This document shows positions 60,431 through 64,000 of a stretch of DNA of 64,000 bases, one piece after another; position 1 is the stretch's first letter, and every line of letters begins with the position of its first letter. Below the pieces are notes generated by a model. That model was given only the letters and a program-made list of their open reading frames with translations. It did no database searches and had not been told where the DNA came from. The translations under genes and the position numbers were made by a program. Source of the stretch: a virus (Duplodnaviria; Caudoviricetes); IMG/VR virus record IMGVR_UViG_3300011008_000999, one strand, 5' to 3'.

Positions 60431-60652
60431 TTACTTATCCTTCATCATATTTTCGATCTCAGCAACAACAAGATCATCAGGTGCAGGAAGTTCACCGTTC
60501 AACTTAGAGATCTCTGCATTGATAATACGAATTGCATATCCCTTCATAGCAGCTGCCGGATCAGAGAACTCTGCTTCAAGTTTCTTAGTATCTACAAGGT
60601 CAATTCTTTCCTTAAGCTCTTCAAGCTTTTCAGTTATAATTTTGTTATCCAT
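60431..60652 (-). CDS. Small hypothetical protein (monocistronic)
   Basis: Own promoter (60727-60758), AAGGAG RBS and terminator. Confidence 0.75.
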   Translation of the reverse strand: MDNKIITEKLEELKERIDLVDTKKLEAEFSDPAAAMKGYAIRIINAEISKLNGELPAPDDLVVAEIENMMKDK

Positions 60653-60726
60653 AGTATAATCTCCTTTCGATATAAAACCTTGGCATAAATGCCATCCACT
60701 TATATACTATGTTTTATTATGGTTTT

Positions 60727-60758
60727 ATTATAACATGAAACTATACTATTGTAAATAG
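60727..60758 (-). promoter_or_regulatory. Class-1 promoter
   Basis: ctatttac aatagtatagtttcatgt tataat. Confidence 0.8.
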
Positions 60759-60958
60759 TTTTTTTCAACAAATTTAATAGAATGCTCCAAAAGTTCTTTA
60801 TTTATTTTAATATGCTGTATTCGATCATTATAAGCAGTTTTTAAATTATATCTAATCCTAAAGATAAGATGTTGTATAGTATGTGCTAAATACTTAAAAG
60901 ACTTAAATATAACAAATGCAGCTATAAGACTAAGTATAAGATATATTAACTCTTTCAT
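60746..60958 (-). CDS. Small membrane protein
   Basis: N-terminal TM; AAGGAG RBS. Confidence 0.6.
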   Translation of the reverse strand: MKELIYLILSLIAAFVIFKSFKYLAHTIQHLIFRIRYNLKTAYNDRIQHIKINKELLEHSIKFVEKNYLQ

Positions 60959-60975
60959 ATAATCTACTCCTTTAT

Positions 60976-61988
60976 TTAAAGTACACTTTTACTTGGTTTT
61001 TCTTCTATACCAATAATAGACATAACTTCATCAAATTCTACTTCTCTATTGAACAGAACTATAGGACATTCATATCCACCTGTATATTTATCAATAGGAA
61101 TTAGAGTTTTTGCTCTAGCTACATAACATTGAGCTAACTCATCATCAGTAAGTCTATCAGTAGTTACAAAGAACTCCTGTCGTTTTTTCTCAAATTCAGC
61201 ATCGTCTACTACATAAACATCATTATTATATTTGATCTTAACTACTGCTACAGAATTTTTATCAAATCCTAAAGAAGACTGTGAAGATGCAACATGGTAT
61301 ACTAAATCATCTGCATCATTAATTATTTTTTTTCTATATTAGGATCGGCCCAAACAAAACCATCATAACAAATTTTATCAAATTCAGTACCACCACCTCT
61401 AGTGCTAAGCGGACAGAGTCTGTGACCAGGACCTACAGCATAAAAATGCATATCTTTTATATAACTACCATTATAGTATTCTAAAATAGTATCTTTCATA
61501 CGAAAGTCAATCGGAACATATATTTTATCAAATATTCCGCTATATTTAACTTCCTTCTTTGCTTCAACAGGTGGAATTTCGTCATAGTTAACTTCAGGAT
61601 ATTGAATAATATAGTCTAAGATATATTCAAGATAATCATTAACTTCATTAAATATAGCATTTACATTAAACTCAACAGGCTCGCGGCCTTCAGGATCATA
61701 CTCTCTATTAAGATCATTAGTATGTCTTAAAATTTCAGCACGAACACCTCTATTACCACATCCTTCATATCTTAAATATCGTCTAGGGTTGCAGTGAAGC
61801 TTAGAATTAGTCTTAATACTATGTTTGAACCACCGCTTATCTGCTTCATAATTCTTACCTACATAATAATATAATGTAGGACCAGATTCATCTGAATATA
61901 CACGAAGTTGTTTGCCAGGAATAGTAATTTCTCTAAGACCTTCATAATCAAAATGAAGTAGGAAATCATCACCTTCTATATCAGACAT
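60976..61988 (-). pseudogene. Hypothetical gene split by a frameshift in an A8 run near 61330
   Basis: Start MSDIEG at 61988; stops at GAA AAA AAA TAA, but a startless 116-codon open frame continues to 60976. Confidence 0.55.
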
Positions 61989-62343
61989 TCTTACTTCCAG
62001 CTTTTTGATGAAGTCCGTCAATGTTCTGTGTTACAATCCACAGATCTTTCTTCTGTTCAAGTTCTGCAAGCTTCTTATGTGTGATATTAGGTTCAATATT
62101 ACGAGTGTCCATCTTCTGTCTGTAGAACTCATAAAATACTTCAGGTTTATCATACAGACAATCACTACTCAGCAGATACTCGGGTTCATATTGTTCAAAC
62201 TGTACATCGTGCTGATTGTAAAGACCGTCTTTTGATCTGAAGTCTGGAATACCACTTTCAGTAGATACTCCAGCGCCACCAAAGAATACGATCTTATTTG
62301 CATTGTCTATATATTCTTGCAGTGTCTTTATTTCTTCTGACAT
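61981..62343 (-). pseudogene. N-terminal half of a Sir2/CobB sirtuin
   Basis: GGAGVSTESGIPDFRS and TQNIDGLHQKAGS, then a stop just before the catalytic ELHG. Confidence 0.8.
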
Positions 62344-62358
62344 ATACTTAATCTCTCC

Positions 62359-62856
62359 TTATTCTACATATTCAAATTCATGACCTACAATCTTAACTAA
62401 CTCTTCATGAGTCATCTTAGGAGGCTTTGGAGGAATGATCTTCCAATTATGCATAACCTTAGTGAGTTTATCTAATTCAGACTCACTATAACACCAGAAT
62501 GCTTCAGGTGCTTCACCAATAGACTTAATTAATGCTTTCTTAAGATAATCAACGATTTGTTGATCTGTCCAAGTATGCATTTTCTTACAGTCTTCTTTAG
62601 CGTCATCCCAAGTAGGTTTACTTTTAAGTGTAATTACAAAAAGTTCTTTGTTGTGCTGAGATCTATCCTGCTTAGTATCAAATTCAAAACAGTTCCAAAT
62701 ATCTTCATAATATCCATCTTCATAAGAACCATAATTACCTCTACTATTCTCCCAATAACCATCAGATAACTGAGTAGAGAAATGATGAAATAGACTGTTT
62801 ATCTTAGTCACAAAATCACATGCAATATAGATTTTTCTTGCTTTAAGTTTGTTCAT
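62359..62856 (-). CDS. Hypothetical protein
   Basis: QLSDGYWEN motif; phage-like tail MTHEELVKIVGHEFEYVE. Confidence 0.7.
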   Translation of the reverse strand: MNKLKARKIYIACDFVTKINSLFHHFSTQLSDGYWENSRGNYGSYEDGYYEDIWNCFEFDTKQDRSQHNKELFVITLKSKPTWDDAKEDCKKMHTWTDQQIVDYLKKALIKSIGEAPEAFWCYSESELDKLTKVMHNWKIIPPKPPKMTHEELVKIVGHEFEYVE

Positions 62857-62888
62857 ATTAAATACCTCACTATTTAATTGATAGATTT

Positions 62889-62920
62889 ATTATAACATTA
62901 TTCTATATACATGTAAATAG
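62889..62920 (-). promoter_or_regulatory. Class-1 promoter
   Basis: ctatttac atgtatatagaataatgt tataat. Confidence 0.8.
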
Positions 62921-62929
62921 TTTTTATAC

Positions 62930-62966
62930 AAAAATGGATAGACCTACTATAGAAGTCTATCCATTT
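62930..62966 (-). terminator. Intrinsic terminator
   Basis: aaatggatagac...gtctatccattt. Confidence 0.75.
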
Positions 62967-62976
62967 GTTGTTTTTA

Positions 62977-63261
62977 TTATTTCTTAGCTGCTGCAGCAAT
63001 TTTCTTATCACGATCAGCAATATACTGCTTAAGAACTTCTTCAGCTTTAGCATCATCATTAGATACTACATATCTGTAATTAGGTGTATAGAATACCGTA
63101 TTGAAATCAGCAAACTTCTGAAGGAAATAATTTCCGTCATTATCCTTAAATCTAATTGCTCTACCACCTTTTTCATCAACTGTTTCAGTTCCTTCGAATT
63201 CCTGAATTTGAATCTTATCAGGATTCTCAGTTAAAATACCGTAAAAAATTTTTGTCTTCAT
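62977..63261 (-). CDS. Hypothetical protein
   Basis: Likely start MKTKIFY at 63261 behind GAGGAGG. Confidence 0.7.
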   Translation of the reverse strand: MKTKIFYGILTENPDKIQIQEFEGTETVDEKGGRAIRFKDNDGNYFLQKFADFNTVFYTPNYRYVVSNDDAKAEEVLKQYIADRDKKIAAAAKK

Positions 63262-63277
63262 GATTACATCCTCCTCT

Positions 63278-63427
63278 TTAATGAATCCACGTACATATAA
63301 AATATGTTGCGACTGTAGAAACTGCATATAGTCCTAAAAATAATAAGACCATTGTAATAATAAACTTCTTTTTTGAAGATTTGTCTTCTACAGAAGTTTC
63401 TTCAACTTTAATGTTTTCATTTTCCAT
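63278..63427 (-). CDS. Small membrane protein (49 aa)
   Basis: MENENIKVEETSVEDKSSKKKFIITMVLLFLGLYAVSTVATYFICTWIH; fills the operon gap. Confidence 0.55.
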   Translation of the reverse strand: MENENIKVEETSVEDKSSKKKFIITMVLLFLGLYAVSTVATYFICTWIH

Positions 63428-63429
63428 AC

Positions 63430-63864
63430 TTATTTATCTTTCCTCTTTTCTTCTAATTCTGTAACTACTTCATACGCAGGAATATCAATATCTTCTGAAG
63501 CATAAGATTCACCTTCATAAAATAAAGCGTTAGTAACTCCCATAAGAACAGGCTGTAAATACAATGCTCTAGATTCTACAATTTCTCTTACATTATCATC
63601 TAAATCACTTTTACGAATTACTGTATGAACTAATATTTCTGCTAAAGATACAAGGTCTTTGTTATGATATATATTTTCTTCATCAAATCTTAAATGATCG
63701 TAAGTAAAATTATAGTCATAAGAACGATATTCACCGGCCTCACTACCTTTACATCTAATAGTAGCCTTTCTTAAAGAATCATCTTTACCATCATAATCAA
63801 TAATTCCTTTCTTAATAAGATATTTTAATGCTTTAGTGTCATCACTTCTTGGAAAATATAACAT
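63430..63864 (-). CDS. Hypothetical protein
   Basis: GGAGG RBS. Confidence 0.7.
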   Translation of the reverse strand: MLYFPRSDDTKALKYLIKKGIIDYDGKDDSLRKATIRCKGSEAGEYRSYDYNFTYDHLRFDEENIYHNKDLVSLAEILVHTVIRKSDLDDNVREIVESRALYLQPVLMGVTNALFYEGESYASEDIDIPAYEVVTELEEKRKDK

Positions 63865-63877
63865 GATAAAAACCTCC

Positions 63878-64000
63878 TTATGTTATCTTTGGCAAACCTA
63901 ATGTACAATGGCATATACCATCTCCACCATTTGAAGGATGTGTAGGACATTGTTTACAAGGTTCTGGTGTAGTATCAACCTTAGGTAATTCTATAACAAT
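63878..64000 (-). CDS. 3' end of a Cys-rich hypothetical protein
   Basis: ...PCKQCPTHPSNGGDGICHCTLGLPKIT*. Confidence 0.6.
   Translation of the reverse strand: MVIELPKVDTTPEPCKQCPTHPSNGGDGICHCTLGLPKIT

Noticed and set aside
57516-62343. Thoeris-like SIR2-SLOG defence system
   Set aside because: The genes are separate and 4 kb apart, the Sir2 is a truncated CobB-type deacylase, and no TIR gene is seen
426-63234. All plus-strand ORFs and short nested minus-strand ORFs in the track
   Set aside because: They are antisense or alternate-frame shadows of long, RBS-bearing minus-strand genes with biased composition (for example LRL repeats opposite QPQ)
1-64000. Jumbo phage or alternative genetic code
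   Set aside because: No capsid, terminase or tail genes recognised in this window, and long ORFs read cleanly in the standard code; a phage-plasmid cannot be excluded from this window alone

Overview
AT-rich window with almost all genes on the minus strand and GGAG/GAGG Shine-Dalgarno sites, read in the standard code. It looks like part of a large Firmicutes (Clostridia/Lachnospiraceae-like, my inference) extrachromosomal element, probably a megaplasmid with phage-like accessory genes. I see no virion structural genes and no rRNA or CRISPR. (1) A dispersed, atypical Gram-positive conjugation/pilus-like toolkit: three large VirB6-like membrane proteins (one fused to a tail-lysozyme-like domain), TcpC/VirB8-like, TcpE/VirB3-like, an ATPase-less VirB4 N-terminal-like protein, a PilT-type ATPase, a ParA/TadZ-like ATPase, a VirB2-like pilin candidate, a C39-like peptidase, and a 4378-aa LPXTG-type adhesin with subtilase, SpaA-like and VaFE repeats. 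(2) DNA metabolism genes: Mre11/SbcD, Rad50/SbcC, two SSB-like proteins, an FtsK-like ATPase and a free-standing endonuclease. (3) Accessory genes: an MCP, SLOG, a truncated Sir2, HEPN-CBS, a JAB-like protein and lipoproteins. Most notable: five tandem genes between sbcC and sbcD share a constant ~45-aa C-terminal module on unrelated N-termini, and one N-terminus resembles the N-terminal domain of the element's own ParA-like ATPase. Also notable are two element-wide promoter-like motifs sharing a CTATTTA core (12 and 8 copies), leader hairpins or terminators ahead of transfer operons, candidate sRNAs, a D-armless tRNA-like RNA, and three poly-A frameshifts. All family assignments come from motif recognition by eye, not database searches.
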